A DNA stretch of 64,000 nucleotides from the NCBI GenBank assembly GCA_964304625.1, contig OZ199838.1, positions 6,993,731 to 7,057,730 of the forward strand, written 5' to 3'. The notes beneath the pieces are model-generated. The model was given only the letters and a program-made list of their open reading frames with translations. It ran no database searches and had not been told where the DNA came from. The translations under genes and the position numbers were made by a program. The first letter of the stretch is position 1, and each line of letters opens with the position of its first letter. This document shows, one piece after another, positions 27,968 through 42,700 of the stretch. The DNA comes from Kudoa neothunni (taxonomy: Eukaryota; Animalia; Cnidaria).

Positions 27968-30207
27968 ATGGGCCTTCCATATCGTATTTTAACAAAGTAA
28001 AAAATATTATTAAATAAAAAAATATTTTTTATCATTAAGGAGAAAAACAAAATTCGTTTTATTTGGAATAATCTTTACAGTTATTACATTATTTATCGTA
28101 AGACGTATAAAAGTTAAAATAATGGTACAATTTTCCAATGACAAAATATCCCCAAATAATTTTAATGTATTCATTCAAAATATATATTTTTTCAAATTTA
28201 ATCATTCTTCAGACTTTAAATGCAAAATACTGCCCAAATTCGTTTGTTTTATCCTTAAATTCCACAATACTGATTAATTCTAAATTTACACACCAATTTC
28301 TGGTTATGATCTCAATAAATAAATTGACCAAAAAGGTGACATTAGAAAGAGCTTTTAATATTGCCGAGTGGTACGAACACGAAGAAGAGCTGATCACAAT
28401 ATTTAACAGCTTCCCACCAAACAGGATAGTGGTGATAGTTTCAAAAGTATATCTATTTATTATAATTTCATATGAATGTTCAATTTGTAGAAATACCAAA
28501 TCACCCGCTTCTCTAAGAATCTCAATAAATACCTGAAATCTATCGGCAGTAAAGTCGACAAAAATCATGCACCCAATAGTTGGATATTTGTGCATGATGT
28601 AGACAGTGGATCTGTGGTGGAAAAAGAGAATACTTTATTAACATTTAAACTGTCAAAAATAAGTTGCATAGAACTTGAATATCATTTCAGTTATGCGATT
28701 TCTACCGCCCTATTAGATCCATCAGAACATTGTTCATCATGGCCAAACACCCCATCCTACAAACGCAGAACTGAATTTTGTATCAACCACGATTCTTATA
28801 ATCAATATTGTGACTGTAATTATTTTGAAGTATTTACGTTCATTTAATAAATTCGTAGGTGGTAAGCATCTTCCAATTGATTTTTCATACAAGCCGTTGT
28901 TTTCTGGTATTAATGAAACTTTTGACGAAACGCTAATCAATACTCCGATTATTATAATGGCGTCAAAGAGACCATACTATCTCATCTTATGTTTACAGTC
29001 TCTTCTTTCCAATAGAGGATTATATCCAGGAAATGTGCATGTATCTATTGATGGTAATTACAGTGCGACAATTGATGTTGCAAAATTATTCGGTGTCAAA
29101 TACACAATCCATGTGAATATTTGTGCTGGAACCTGTGCTGTTAAAAATGTACAGAATAATTACTCATTAATTATACCTAACATAAATTTATAGCATTATC
29201 GCGAATCACTTGAGATGTCATTCAGTAGCTATCCGCAAGCGAGTGAAATTATTATTTTGGAAGAAGATTTGGAGGTCGCACCTGATTTTATGCTTTTCAT
29301 GGCTGAAACTATACCTTATCTCAGACGTGACGCAAGTATATACTGCGTATCAGCGTGGAATGATCAAGTATATTGTAAAAATTTTGTAATACATATTAAA
29401 CAAACTATTTTAGTCTTATCTCTGGACGTTGGGTGATCCTACCGGGATTTTTAAAACCGATTTCATGCCAGGGTTAGGCTGGGCTCTATTGAGAAGTATC
29501 TACGAGCAGGATCTTAAACCCTATTGGTCGAAAAATGTGCTTAGTTATGACTGGGATTATTGGGTTAGAGACAACAGAAGGAGGAAAAATAGAGATTGTA
29601 TTGTCCCAGATATATCAAGAACATTTCATACTGGTCTAAGGGGAAACACCATGTATCCAGGCTTATTTCGCAATCATTTTTCCCCCAGACCCAAATACCC
29701 TTACTATGTAAAACAATTCAACACTTCATGGCTCCAAGATAGTTCCTATGACGATTTTTTAACATCCCTCATTAAGTAGATACGATTTAAGGCGATTTGT
29801 TGATATTTTTCTAGATTGGGTGAGATCGCGAGTAACTACAATAACATTATAGAGGATTTTGATACAAGTTACTCAAACTATCTACACGGATCGATGTATG
29901 CCAGTCCAAACCTGAAAATTGGTTATAGCTATAAAGAGTTGATTAATAGAACTACAGTAATGTTCATCAACACTGATATATCCATAGCCCATTCTTGGAA
30001 CAGACTAACCACGTATACGTTGATTTGGGTTATACCTTTAATATTGAGTATAGTCGATTTAAGTTGTGGAAGTTGGATGTAAGAGATTTTTTCCACGGAA
30101 CTACTAGGCTTTGGTTCAATAATCATCATTACATCCTTGTAATGTATCCGAAATCAAAATATTCATCATTCAAACCGGAAAACCTTACTCCTTTACCATT
30201 GATTTAA
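27968..30207 (+). CDS. POMGnT1-like GT13 beta-1,2-N-acetylglucosaminyltransferase, copy 1, multi-exon
   Basis: Type II membrane anchor (KFVLFGIIFTVITLFIVRR) and stem motif WPNTPSYKRRTEFC..YCDC. Catalytic motifs IIILEEDLEVAPDF, YCVSAWNDQ, MPGLGW, DWDYWVR and CIVPDISRTFH. All introns are short. Confidence 0.9.
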
Positions 30208-30628
30208 ATTTTAATATATGTTGTGTTTCATTTTGTTGGCATTTAATTAATATATTAATACAATATGATAATAGTATAAATATTATTTATCGTAATACTA
30301 ACGAAAAATGCCATGCTTTGCCTGATAGTATCAACATTTTGTATTGAGAAAACTCTTGAAAATTATTTAAAAAGTATAATGGTATTTTCAGTTAGCCCTA
30401 GAAAGGATTAAGCTAAATTTTTGTAAGTATTATATTTTTAACAATTGTGATCAATGAAATTAAAATTAATATCATTTTTGGAGATCATAAAAATTGCAAA
30501 AACTATGTAGCTAGAAGATAACTTAAAAAATTACATTTTTGGCTAAAATTAAAACCACTTTACCCGGTATAAACTATAATACTCTCTTGATTACAACACA
30601 ATTACACAGCTCCTAAATAATTTAAACA

Positions 30629-31272
30629 CAGTAGGTAACCTATTTTACATGCTTTTTTGCGCATGTACATAATTATATATCCTCTTTTTGGGAATTTAGA
30701 AGAAAAATTGATGTTTCTTATATTGACATAGCATCAACGAATATAAATTCTACAAAAGACAAAAAAATCAATAATTTTGGTTCGTGTCATATTTGACCCG
30801 CTATGACGTATACAAATCAATTTCCAATTCTAACAATGATCGGAAACGATCTAAACTTTTTTAAATTAGAGATAAAATTTAGTTATTTGTTCGAAACGGT
30901 CATTTAGGACTGATATATTTGATATGTTGAAATGTCTCACAGTAATTACCTTAACGTTTATTTATGGAAGATTTTCAAAATATTTTATTATTTTGCGTTT
31001 ACCTTCTAATATTGTTGTATTTTTATCTTCGCTTATCGCTAAATTTCTAATTTGTATGTGAATAATGCTACATTGACCAACAGAGTGCCTGGAAAAAAGT
31101 GTGCAAAATCGAGAGGTCACGTGATTTGGGCACGCATTTTACACCATTTACAGTCTATTATTTGAACCAAAATTACCGTTATGTTTAATATATTTGTTTA
31201 TATAAACATAAGAAATATTTAGAGTTATAATTAAATAAATCCACAAAAGTGCGCACAATCGATTACCGACTG
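30629..31272. mobile_element. Tigger/pogo-type MITE, inverted sister copy of 13033-14231
   Basis: Extended reverse-complement similarity (for example ggaaacgatctaaacttttttaaattagaga versus 13270-13300) and the same TIRs. Confidence 0.85.
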
Positions 31273-31868
31273 TATTAAGATAAAGTCGAAAATTTTTATT
31301 TAATTTAATTGTTGAAAGTTCAATTTGAGGTACTGCTTCAACTAAATCTAACAACAGAGTCCTAATATTAGAAAACCTTAATCTACCTATTTATAACACA
31401 CATCATCAATTAAGCAATAATTAAGCAAATTAAAACCATTAATAGAATTTTCAAAGTGCACTTCTCAAGTCACGCCTATTAATAAGTTCACGTATAAGAA
31501 GTTTATTTGAGCTCACCTTATAAACAACATTCCTTAATTATTTATGCAGAAAGATGATAACATCAAATTAATATTTGATTTTAACATGAAAGGAGAATGT
31601 TAAGTTCAGCTATCACCCTTATATAAGCTATTTTTATCCTATTGCTGTAATTTTATAATCCGTTTAACAAATTTAAACCCAATATAATCTGTTTCCTGAA
31701 TAATTTTAGAGCTTTTGATGATGTAATAAAAATTTGAAGAATTTTCTGAACATCATAAAATATTAAAAGTTTCATAAATATCTCTCTATATTTGAAAAAT
31801 TTTATCGTACATACGTACTTGTGGACACACACACACAGGCAGACAGACAAATAAAAGATGTTATATAT

Positions 31869-32845
31869 CAGGAGTGACCAAACCGTGGCTCTTGATAATA
31901 TTTTTTTTGAGTTGAATTCTTTTTAATTCGACCAATGCATTAATTTCGAAAAATACAAAGTTTAAACTATTTAATCAAGTGAAGGAATGAATTCTTTAAT
32001 TGTAAACTAGATAATATCTTTAATTAGAAGACATCATTTCAAACTACCATATAGTTTCAATATTTGATGCAAACTAGAAATATTACTAATTTTATTAGGA
32101 AATAGAAATAGAATTAGTGTTTATCCATTACCAAAGTGAAAGATAACGAAAGAATAAAACATGCATTAAAGCTTTAAAGACGAGTCCTAATTCCAACTCA
32201 CCAAGCGAATTTTGGAATTACGTTCCAGAAACTAAATATTCAAAATTAAAAGAAATTAGCCTCAATCTTGTTTCTTTCTCTGGAACAACTTATTGCTGTC
32301 TGTTTATTTATTCAACGATGAAGTTTGTAAAATAGAGGCATCGCGGATCTCTCCCTCACAATAAACATCTGACGATAATAATTCGTACAGCGTCAACAAC
32401 ATACGAACCGATTACCGTCAGCTCATTGATAACATGGAAACATAAAAAACTTGTGTTATTACTTTATTCGTAATTATTTTATTTTTTTGTCAGACTATCA
32501 TACATGATTAAATATGGTAAATATTTTATTATTTTTATGACTTCTTTCATAGTTAAAAAGTTTCTTGGATCATTAACTACTAATTTACTTTTTTGGAAAA
32601 ACCATCATAAATTATACCTGTAAAATTTGCATGTAAGTTTTCCAGTGATTGACTGAATAAGAAAAAATTAAAAAACCTTTATTTATAATTCTACATCATT
32701 TTTTCTTAATATTTATCAAAAATTTCGCAAAAATGTAAGTATTAAATAAGTAAGGGTATATAAATGATTTTAATGCTTCGTGACTCCTGAAAACTTGGGA
32801 AACCTTAAAGTTGGCTCCCGATATGGACAATTCTGGCTATCCCTG
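31869..32845 (+). mobile_element. Deleted hAT (Charlie-like) element with a dimerisation-domain remnant
   Basis: caggagtgaccaaac...tctggctatccctg termini and 8-bp TSD ttatatat/gtatatat. The peptide EFWNYVPETKYSKLKEISLNLVSFSGTTYCC..YSTMKFVK at about 32207-32335 resembles the hATC domain. Confidence 0.8.
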
Positions 32846-33731
32846 GTATATATATTAGATGACAGTTGATCGATATTAGTGGACTTGTGGTATCGTTATC
32901 AAGAAGGTTGTTTCTAACTCTAACAAAATATACTATTAAAAATTTTCAAATATGGATATTTTACATGCTTTTAATAACCTTTAAAACTTTGGAATAAATA
33001 AATAGTTTAATAAAAATATAGTTTCTTTCGATAAAAAAGGGGTAAGCTTAATCCGTGCATTGACTCGAACACCATAGTTAAGGAGATTTCGCAAATTATT
33101 GACCTCCACCAGATAGATATTTCTTTATCCAATTAATTTATTAATATATAGTTTATTTAAAGAAATATAATAGAAAAAAAAAGATCTAATTGTGTATTTT
33201 CGTCGATTAAATATTTGGTTTGGTTAATGCGAAGATTAATGAATGTGTACTTCACATGATATATATTATCGTATTGAAAATATAATATCTAAAATCGTTG
33301 CATTTTTTAACATCATGATTCTAATTATTTAAAAGATGACTATATGTAAAATTGGAAGAATAGTTTATCGTTGCACGCTGAATAAACTTTATACTTAAAT
33401 TAAGGTATATAATATAGGTGATATATACAGTGTGATTCAGCACCACCTGTATAATTAGGTGGAAAAACTGGGGTTTATCATTTCTAAAATAATATTAATA
33501 TACGTTATTCACTATATATAAATATTTTGTTGCTTGGTGCATTATTTTCTAGCAATAAGGCCAAAATATATCACAATTTATTTTCTCCTTATCATAATTT
33601 TGTAAGATACCGATGGATTATAGTTAGTAAATCCTTGATTAACTTTGGCCTAGATACAACGAAAGTGTAGGATACATTGTGCTTACGAAAGGCTGCTTAC
33701 CGTCGAAAATTTCTCGCGTGATATACACAAA

Positions 33732-36700
33732 ATGAGTGTAAACACTTTTCAATTTCGTCCTTTAAAGGGGTAAATTAGTTATAAATTGTAATTGATAAAT
33801 TTTATAATTTTAGCACTAAAAGGAAATTTCTCATTCTCATATCAATATTTGCAACTATCATGTTAATCAGGCGAGTCGTGTATTACGAGCACGTAACAAA
33901 ACATTACCAAGAAAAATTCTCACAGATTCATCCATATCTCTACAGTGTATATATTTTCGTGTTGAATTGGATTAATTAAATATTTCTATAGATCATTAAG
34001 GTAAAATTTTGTGAAAATTCACTTATTTTATCACTGAATTCGAAAGTTTTAATAAATTCAATATTTAAACGTCAATTTGTCATCATGATTGCAATAAATA
34101 AACTAACACAAAAAGTGACATTCGAACGGGATTTTAATATTGCCTCTTGGTATGAACATGAAGAAGAGCTAATCCAAATATTAAACAGCTTCCCCAAAAA
34201 TAGGATAGTGGTGATAGTTTCGGCGGTAAAATCGTATTGTTAATATAGTCTACCAATTTTAATGTGTAGAAATACCAAATGACTCGTTTCTCTGAGAACC
34301 TACGTAAACGACTGAAATATATTGGTAGTAAAGTTGACAAAAATCGTCCACCAAATAGTTGGATATTTATGTATGATGCAGACAATGCCTCTGTCGTCGA
34401 AAAGGAGAATAATGTTTCAATATTTAAAAGTTCGAAAATGAATTGCATAAAACTTGAATACTCCTTTAACCATTCGATTTTTACCGCACTGTTAGAAACA
34501 TCAAAACATTGCGTATCATGGCCGAATACTCCATCCTACTTGCGTAGAACTGAATTTTGTATCAAATACGATTCCTACAATCAATATTGTAACTGTAATT
34601 ATTATTAAATGACTTCTTCTAATTAAAAAATTTGTAGGTAATAATCATCTCCCAATTGATTTTTCATACAAACCATTGATTTCTGATACTAATGAAACCA
34701 TTGACAAAATATTAATCAACACACCAATCGTTATAATGGCTTCAAATAGACCGTACTATCTCATCTTGTGCTTACAATCTCTTCTTTCCATCAGAGGCTT
34801 ATATCTCAGAAATGTTCATGTGTCCATTGATGATAATCACGATACAACAGTTGATGTTGTAAAATTGTTCAACCTTAAATATACTATCCATACAAAAACT
34901 TGCACCGGCATATGCGCTGTTACAAAAGTAATGAACGAACACTCCCAATTGAATTTATCTGAAATTTTTAGCATTATCGTGATATATTTGAGTTAGCATT
35001 TAAGAGCTATTCGAACGCTAATGAGATTATTATTTTGGAAGACGATTTGGAGGTCGCACCTGATTTTGTGCTTTTCATGGCTGAAACTATACCTTATCTC
35101 AGACGTGACGTAAGTATATACTGTGTATCAGCGTGGAATGATCAAGTATATCGTAAAAATTTTGTAATACATATTAAACAAACTATTTTAGTCTTATCTC
35201 TGGACGTTGGGTGATCCTACCGGGATTTTTAAAACCGACTTTATGCCGGGGTTAGGTTGGGCTTTGTTGAGAAGTATTTACGAGCAGGATCTTAAACCCT
35301 ATTTGTCGAAAAATATGCCAAAACAAGACTGGGACTATTGGATGAGAGATAATAATCAGAGAAAAAACAGGGAATGTATTGTCCCAGATATCTCGAGAAC
35401 ATACCATGCTGGACTGAGAGGTAACTCTATGACTCCCAGTTGGTTTCGCACTCATTTTGCCACGAGGCCCAAATATCCTTACTATGTAAAACATTTCAAC
35501 ACTTCATGGCTTCAAGATAGTTCCTATGACGAGTTTCTGACTTCCCTCATTAGGTAGGTATGATTTAGGCACTGGCTATTCTTACGGATCCGTATAATCC
35601 CTCCTTTGGCACAAGCTATTCTTACGGTAAAGAATATCTTCTAGATTAGCTAAGGTATTATAGAACTAATTTCACTAAGGCGTAACCCTATTTTTTATCT
35701 CCTCGTTTATAGAAAATAAATTAAGTTATTCTTTTATTAAAAATTTCGGATAAGTATGAGCCTTTAAGGATCCTTTGTTTGTTGAATTAACTTAAAATGA
35801 ACCTGTTCATGAATATAATAGCGGGTAAAACACGCTTTAAAGGATAAAAAGACATTTTCTATACTATCAATAATTTCAGAGGTTTCAGTCATGAACCATG
35901 TGCATCATGTGTTCTAGCCTGCCAAAGTAGCCTTGTCTAATACATACGAATCATCGTTTGCAATTCTGCAACGCTGTTGAGTTTTAAATAAATTTCAAAA
36001 TATATTTATTGGTTTTCATTTAAGATTGATAGATTTACCCTATAATAAATTTAGAAGATATGTTTACATCTTCTAATTCCAGAATTTTGAGAGTATGAGA
36101 CTATTTTTTATCTAGGCGTGTGACTTTGAATCAAAATTTTACGATTAAAATTTTAAAATAGTGGAATTTCTTAAAATAAACTTTTTTGAGAGGCAGAGGC
36201 TATTGCTACGGATCCGTGTAATCCGCACGTGGGGGTTGTCTATTGCTACGGGAAGGAATAACTCCAAATCTAGGAATCCTTTTAAAATTTGAGATTCACA
36301 TTTGTGATTAATGATTTCTGGGCTAACATAATTAACATTTTTAAAGAAAAATACATCATTGAAAAATACGACATTATTTTAAGGAATTTGGGGTTAAAAA
36401 TAGTCTTAGTTCACCTTTTTAACGTTTAATAAAATTAATAAACAAAAATGTTTCTCTAAAGATAGATAATGAGAAAAATACTCAAAGGAACTAAACAATT
36501 TTGACTTATGCTAATATGAGCGTGTGACAACGAACGTTTTTAATTTGGTGGTAACGGCTCACTTACTTTAAGTGGGAAACATATTTACATAATTTGAAAA
36601 TTTAAAACAGTTAGGAAGTGAATTATTAGTTTATGCAAATTCTTAGAGAAAAACTATTAAGGGCTTGAATTAACAATATTGTATTAGGCTGATTATGGTG

Positions 36701-39700
36701 CAATTTTCGTGTTCAACGAAGACTGTGTTATATAAATGAAAAGTTGGTATTTTAACAATATGAAATATTATTTTTTCATGGGTTTTCTATATCTAATAAA
36801 ACAATGATTGTTAGCCTAGTTCTTTTAGGTCGTTTTATTCCTTTAATTTTCGTTGGAAATAATAACGCTAACTAATAGTTGTTAACTATTTAATGATTTT
36901 ATTTTCGAATATCAGTTGTTATTTTATACTATCTTGTGCTAACTTCCTTTTAAAATATTTGTATTAGATGAATATAAAAATAAAAAAATGGTTATTTGAA
37001 AAGAAAATTCTAAACATTTCTTTACCTTAATATCTTCTCAGTAACAACGATACATAATTTTTCATTCAAAATAGGGAAGCATCCTAAAATTTGCTCAAAA
37101 TAGCCATTAATGGCTACTTGATTTTGTTCATACAAAATGCATGCATAAATTACGCGAACTTCTCAAATAGAATTGATGGCAGCAGATAAATACAAGGGTA
37201 CACTAATATGAATAAACATTGTGGGATTTATTCCAAATATTTGAATTAACAATCAACGTGAGTTAAAAAGTTTATATATTTCATCCATTAGCAATAATTT
37301 TCGGAAAAATTAAAGAGTTCGTTGCATTAGTTGATCACCAAAGAATAATCAAATTACAACAATATTGTCGTTTTTATCAATATGTTGGTCATTCTCCTTG
37401 TTTTCACATCGTGTAGGGACTTTATTGTGATATTATTACCCTTTTCGCAGTATAGCATTTTTATACACTTTTTATTAACCCCAAGTGATATTAATTCAAA
37501 AAAATATGATCATCTTGGATATTGAGTTTTCGTTGATTGGGTTGAAATTTGTATATCGAAGTATTACAAGGATGATTATTTATCTCATGTAAGGATTTAA
37601 TTTCCAAAAATTTCCATATCGTCGTTAACTCTAAAATTAATGCTGGAGGGGCAGTCATCTCTGCATATTAAAGGTTTTTGTTTTCATTGAACTCTCCTTA
37701 AGTATAAATGGCGTAAGAAGAATACAAACATTCTTGCGTAGATTATTTAAGTTTCATTAAAATATTTTAGGATTTTAGATTGGGAATTTTGTATTTTCCG
37801 TAATTTCCTCATTTTTAATTTGCAGAAAAAGATGTTTATAACTATTAATATGACTTTTATAATGAGTTATGTAAGTCAACTTTCAATCCAGGAGAGGATC
37901 CCATCGTACAAGTAACGATACGGTGACATCTCAGATTCCCCCACAGGTATGCTGTAACAATGGATACGAAAACGTACCCCTTTCTATTGTGGACATTAAT
38001 CTCAGATAACTTATTAGAGTACAAGTTAAGTTTTTTAACAAATTATTGTGTTATTAAATCTGGCAATTTTCTGTATTTGTAGCAATAACATTTAAGGAGA
38101 TATTTAAAACGCTCACCGCTATTTAAATGCAAACAGTAAGTTTTTATGTTGACTTTTAACTATAAAATTAAACATTACTTTAAATATATTTACATTAAAA
38201 GATTTACTGAATTCACTACATAGAATGCTCTAATCGTTTTCCATGAATAGCGTTAATTTTAATATTCTTTTAGATGAATAATAATAATTGAGATATAAAT
38301 ATAATCTATAAATTAAATATATATGACAAATACAATTCTTTCATTTCATAATAACATGGTTAAGCATATTGTAACAGATTACATTAGCTTCACTAGATAA
38401 AACATCTTGTATACAATCAGAGGTAGTGAGGTGAACATTTTTATAAATAAAATACAATATCCGTATTTGGTTTTTTAGTTAAAGAAATCTTTATTGGTAA
38501 AAAATTAAGATATTTACTTAACATTACTTAGAACATAACATAAAACACGAAATTTATAGCTACAATATTAGAGATTTCAATAGCTCAAATTTTCTCTAAA
38601 ACCACTAATTACGTTTGGCCAAAAATCATTAATTACAAATGTGAATTCAACTTTTAACTGGGTTCTTAGACTGAAGTTATTCCCTCCCCCACATGCGAAT
38701 TATACGGAACCCTAGCAATAGCCAAGTGCCTTTTTGAGATGGCGCTCGAAAAGGTTTACTCTGTATAAACCACATTAATTTATAATGAAAAAAATTTATC
38801 TACCTTGATAATCAACGCATAAATTTGATAAAGAAATGGTGAAATTAAAAAGGGTCCCATTTCGATATTTTAATAGGATGCTAAAAAATTTGTCCCTATG
38901 TTTTGAATATTAATGTTATTTTCAGTAGAATATAGCGGCAACTTATGGGATCCCGCCTAGAAGAAATCACAAATAAATCGAGTTGTCATAAATAATCACG
39001 ATAAGAAAAGAAAATCTTAATTTGATAGCAATAATTCACTTATCCACATATATTTTAACATTAATAATTATTTTTGTGAAGTGCGAGTCTATCGAAAATA
39101 CACTTAGAGAATGATGCCTATAAGTTGCTCTTGAGATAAGATTGTTATTCAAATATTTTAAATTTAAAAACTTATTGATTACTGATCAGAATTTTTTGCC
39201 AGATAACGAATCTACAAATAAGATTTTTAGTTAATTTATTATATACAATAGGTAATCTATTTTCCATACTAACCGATTTACGTACTTTTTCTTCTCTTTT
39301 ATTTAATTATCAAAGTTAACACTATTTCTGTAAATTAATAAAATTTATGTTATGTAATTAAAATTAAGAATTACAGAAAAAAGAAATTTATAAATGAGTT
39401 TTTTTACAAAAATGGGGTTTATCGATTTTACGTAACTTTTCGGCACAACCCCTAAATTTTCAACATCATTGGCTTTAATTACATCCATGATAACACTGTA
39501 AATCACTTACACATGAAAAATTTATTATTTTTACATTATTTGTAAATTTGCGAATATAAACGGTAAATATTTTACATTTAGCAATTTGATCTTATTCCTA
39601 TTTCTGTTTTAAAAACCCCTAAACAAGAATATCGAATTGATTTACTCGTGCCAACTAAATTTAAATTAATTCAAAAGAGATATTCCGGAGAAGAGATAAA

Positions 39701-42700
39701 ACAATAATTTTTATGTTATAGTTAATAATTGATTAATGGCATCAAAGTCAAGAAAAATGATTTATTACGAACGATTAAATATGTAAAAAAAATAGTAAAA
39801 ACGTTCAATTCAAAAACATTTAAGGCTTTCAAGAGGCTTTACGGTTATGAGTTGTGTCTTTATTTTATAATGATTCGTTTTCTTGGGCAGCCATTGGCGC
39901 ATTCAAGGCTTACCAGAGTTGGCAAAGCATATTGAGTGATATCGCTGCAATATTTTCTACCGGCCTTTATGGTATAATTTGTATAAAAATATATTATTCT
40001 CTCAACAAAACAATGTCAAATTATTTTAATATACACAAATTATCTAAGGTAAACTTTAGCTTACGTCTGGAATCCAATTCGCAACTAGAAATGGGATACA
40101 AAATGATTTATTAGCTAATTTTATATGTCCATTTAGTGAGTTGTTCAGAACGTCCTTACATTCGTCATCACAAGAATTAACAATTGTTTACGACAATAAA
40201 ATTTTATCCATTCAATTCAAGTAAAATAAGAAAGCAGGCGTAATGGATGAAACATTAAAAGTATACTTGATTTGTCAAAGTAGTAATTTAAACAATAATG
40301 TTAACAATTTTATGTATATTCCGGTACCCCAACTTTTAATCATGAAACCAAATTATATAGCATCAATCTCGTATTTTTCAAAAAATTTGGCACGCTACCT
40401 ATAATCTATGAATAAACAAATAATTTATTTATCAAAGTTCAACTACAAAAATATTTAAGTTAATAATCACATTATTGAAAGTGATAACACTGTAAATACA
40501 TTGCCACCAGATTTTCTTAATATTATTTTAAAAATATAAAAATCTTGGTTCAAAATATCAAAATTAAAAGCGATTAATTCTATTAAAATATTTGGTTTCA
40601 TTCGATTAAATGAATCCCATGTAATATCAATCATTGGTGCTAAAAAATCTAAATTCGCTTCTGAAATTATTGAAACTACGATGATTGTGGCTATTTATTT
40701 CGGAAGATTGTAATTATCCCCCTTCCCGATGGGTGTATACTACGGATCAGACGATGAAAATATTATGAATTAAGAAACGGAATCCAAACACGCGGTTTTT
40801 TAGGAAACCTTAAGTTTCTTAATTATCCTAAAGAATTTATGAATAATACAGAGTCACATTTAATAGATGAATTAACAAAAAATTAAACAAAAGTTGTAAA
40901 TAATACTTTCAAGTATTTTACTCTATTAAACATCAAAATCTTTCTAAAATAATAATTGTGAGCGTTATTATATTATTTCAATGCAAAATATTTTTTTGTT
41001 TGCGCGAGTTTCAAAAAATTACGTATAATCGATCTGTGATGCATTTTCAGTTACTTATTCTGTTCCCAAGAGGATTACAGAAAATCGAGTACGTATTGTA
41101 TAAGCAGGACAAATTTGAATATACCTCAGTGTCTGAAATTCCAAAATATAACCCCGTCAAAAGAATTCTCGAGTGCCAAATGTTAGAAATCGAAAAATCA
41201 TGCCTACTCGGATATTTAAAAAACTGAGATTTCTAACCATCATTCTTTGGTTTAAATTTTCCATCAAAATTTAATGCATTAGAAGGTAAGAGAACAAACA
41301 TTATTGAACATCCAAAAATAAGTAAAATATGTTTTCCAAATAGTTAAAAAATATAACATTTAAAATATACCTATTATTATTATTCAAGTATGAATTAGTT
41401 TAAATATAGCCTCGTAAAATATTTGATACATATTTGTTATTGGATGACCTATGAGATGCAATAACCATATACATATGTCAACACATTACACGAAAAGAAT
41501 ATATAATTTTGAATAAGTTTAAAAAAATTCATAACGATTTCTTTTATTTAAACGAACTACAGTGGGCGATGGTTAATTCGCAGTTTTGCTTTCTCATACA
41601 GAATTCATTGCTTGTCGGTCACATTATCTAAGTTGGCATTCACAAACTTAATTGGGATGGGTTTTTACGCCCGAAAAATAATTTTACGATCAAAATTCAA
41701 TAAAATATTGAAATTTAAACACATTGTTGGGTAATACGCACCCTCTTCTCTGAAATTGATCCTAAAGTCATGTACAGAAACTATTTGATTTGTATGTGTG
41801 GTTGACAAAAACCTTCATGATATGCTTATAATAAACGAAAAATACGATTTAATAAAATATTTGGAGTTAATATCAGAAAAATAAAAGTCACACCATTAAA
41901 AATTTTGTTGTTTTTTATTAATTTTTGATAGTATCCTCTCCAAGAAATTGAAGAATATGGAATTAGATGTAAGTGGAGCCGTAAATATTAAACAACCTAA
42001 CGAACGATGAATTCGACAAAAAAAATCAACGAATGTGTTACTTGAATATGGTCAAATATCTTAGAATTGTTCATCATAAATTATTTTTAAACATCATGAA
42101 ATTGTGAAGACAATTGTGTAAACCGCCCAAGGTGTTAGTTGTGGTTGGTTTAAAGTTTTAAAAACAGTTTAATCTGCGTAAATGTAAACTATATTGTGAT
42201 CCAAAAATCGTTGATAAATGTATGTTGAAAAATAACTTTGAAAAATTATTAACTCGAGATGGGCTTCAATTATAACTAAGGCATAAATCATGATTCAATT
42301 TTGATGTAATTTTTTACATAGAAGATAATAAAATTGAAGGAAGAGATCTTTGGATCCAACATGACGATTTTTAAATATTCAAACATTATTCGAATGTCAC
42401 TTTCGGAATTTGTGAACATCGAAACAAAGATGATGAAAAATAAAAAAATTGCTCTAGTTATCCCTGAGACGCTATTGCATGTTATCTAGAAACAGGTGAC
42501 AAACAAATAATTAAATATCAAAAATCTTTTAAATGACTCAAATACAATCGAACCTGGATATTGCGTAATTTTCGGGGAATGGGGAAAAATTACGCAATAC
42601 AGCAGGGGCTCCCAACTGGGGGTGCGAACTTTGGTTTCAGGTGGTGCGAGATACGATAAAAATTGAAAATAAATTTTAAGTCAGTTACACCTTATCGTAT

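Larger units (their letters stand above)
30298..32859 (-). mobile_element. Helitron-like element related to 9367-11100, carrying nested insertions
   Basis: Minus-strand 5' end ATCTAATATATA...TTTGTCTGTCTGCCTGTGTGTG..AGTACGTATGT. Minus-strand 3' end caggcaaagcatgg...GTTAG|T. Both resemble the first copy. Confidence 0.6.

Noticed and set aside
35568-36260. Repeated gctatt..tacgg units spaced about 30-36 bp apart, resembling a CRISPR array
   Set aside because: Only two units per site, mirrored at the opposite element ends. They are TIR sub-repeats in a eukaryotic context with no cas genes.
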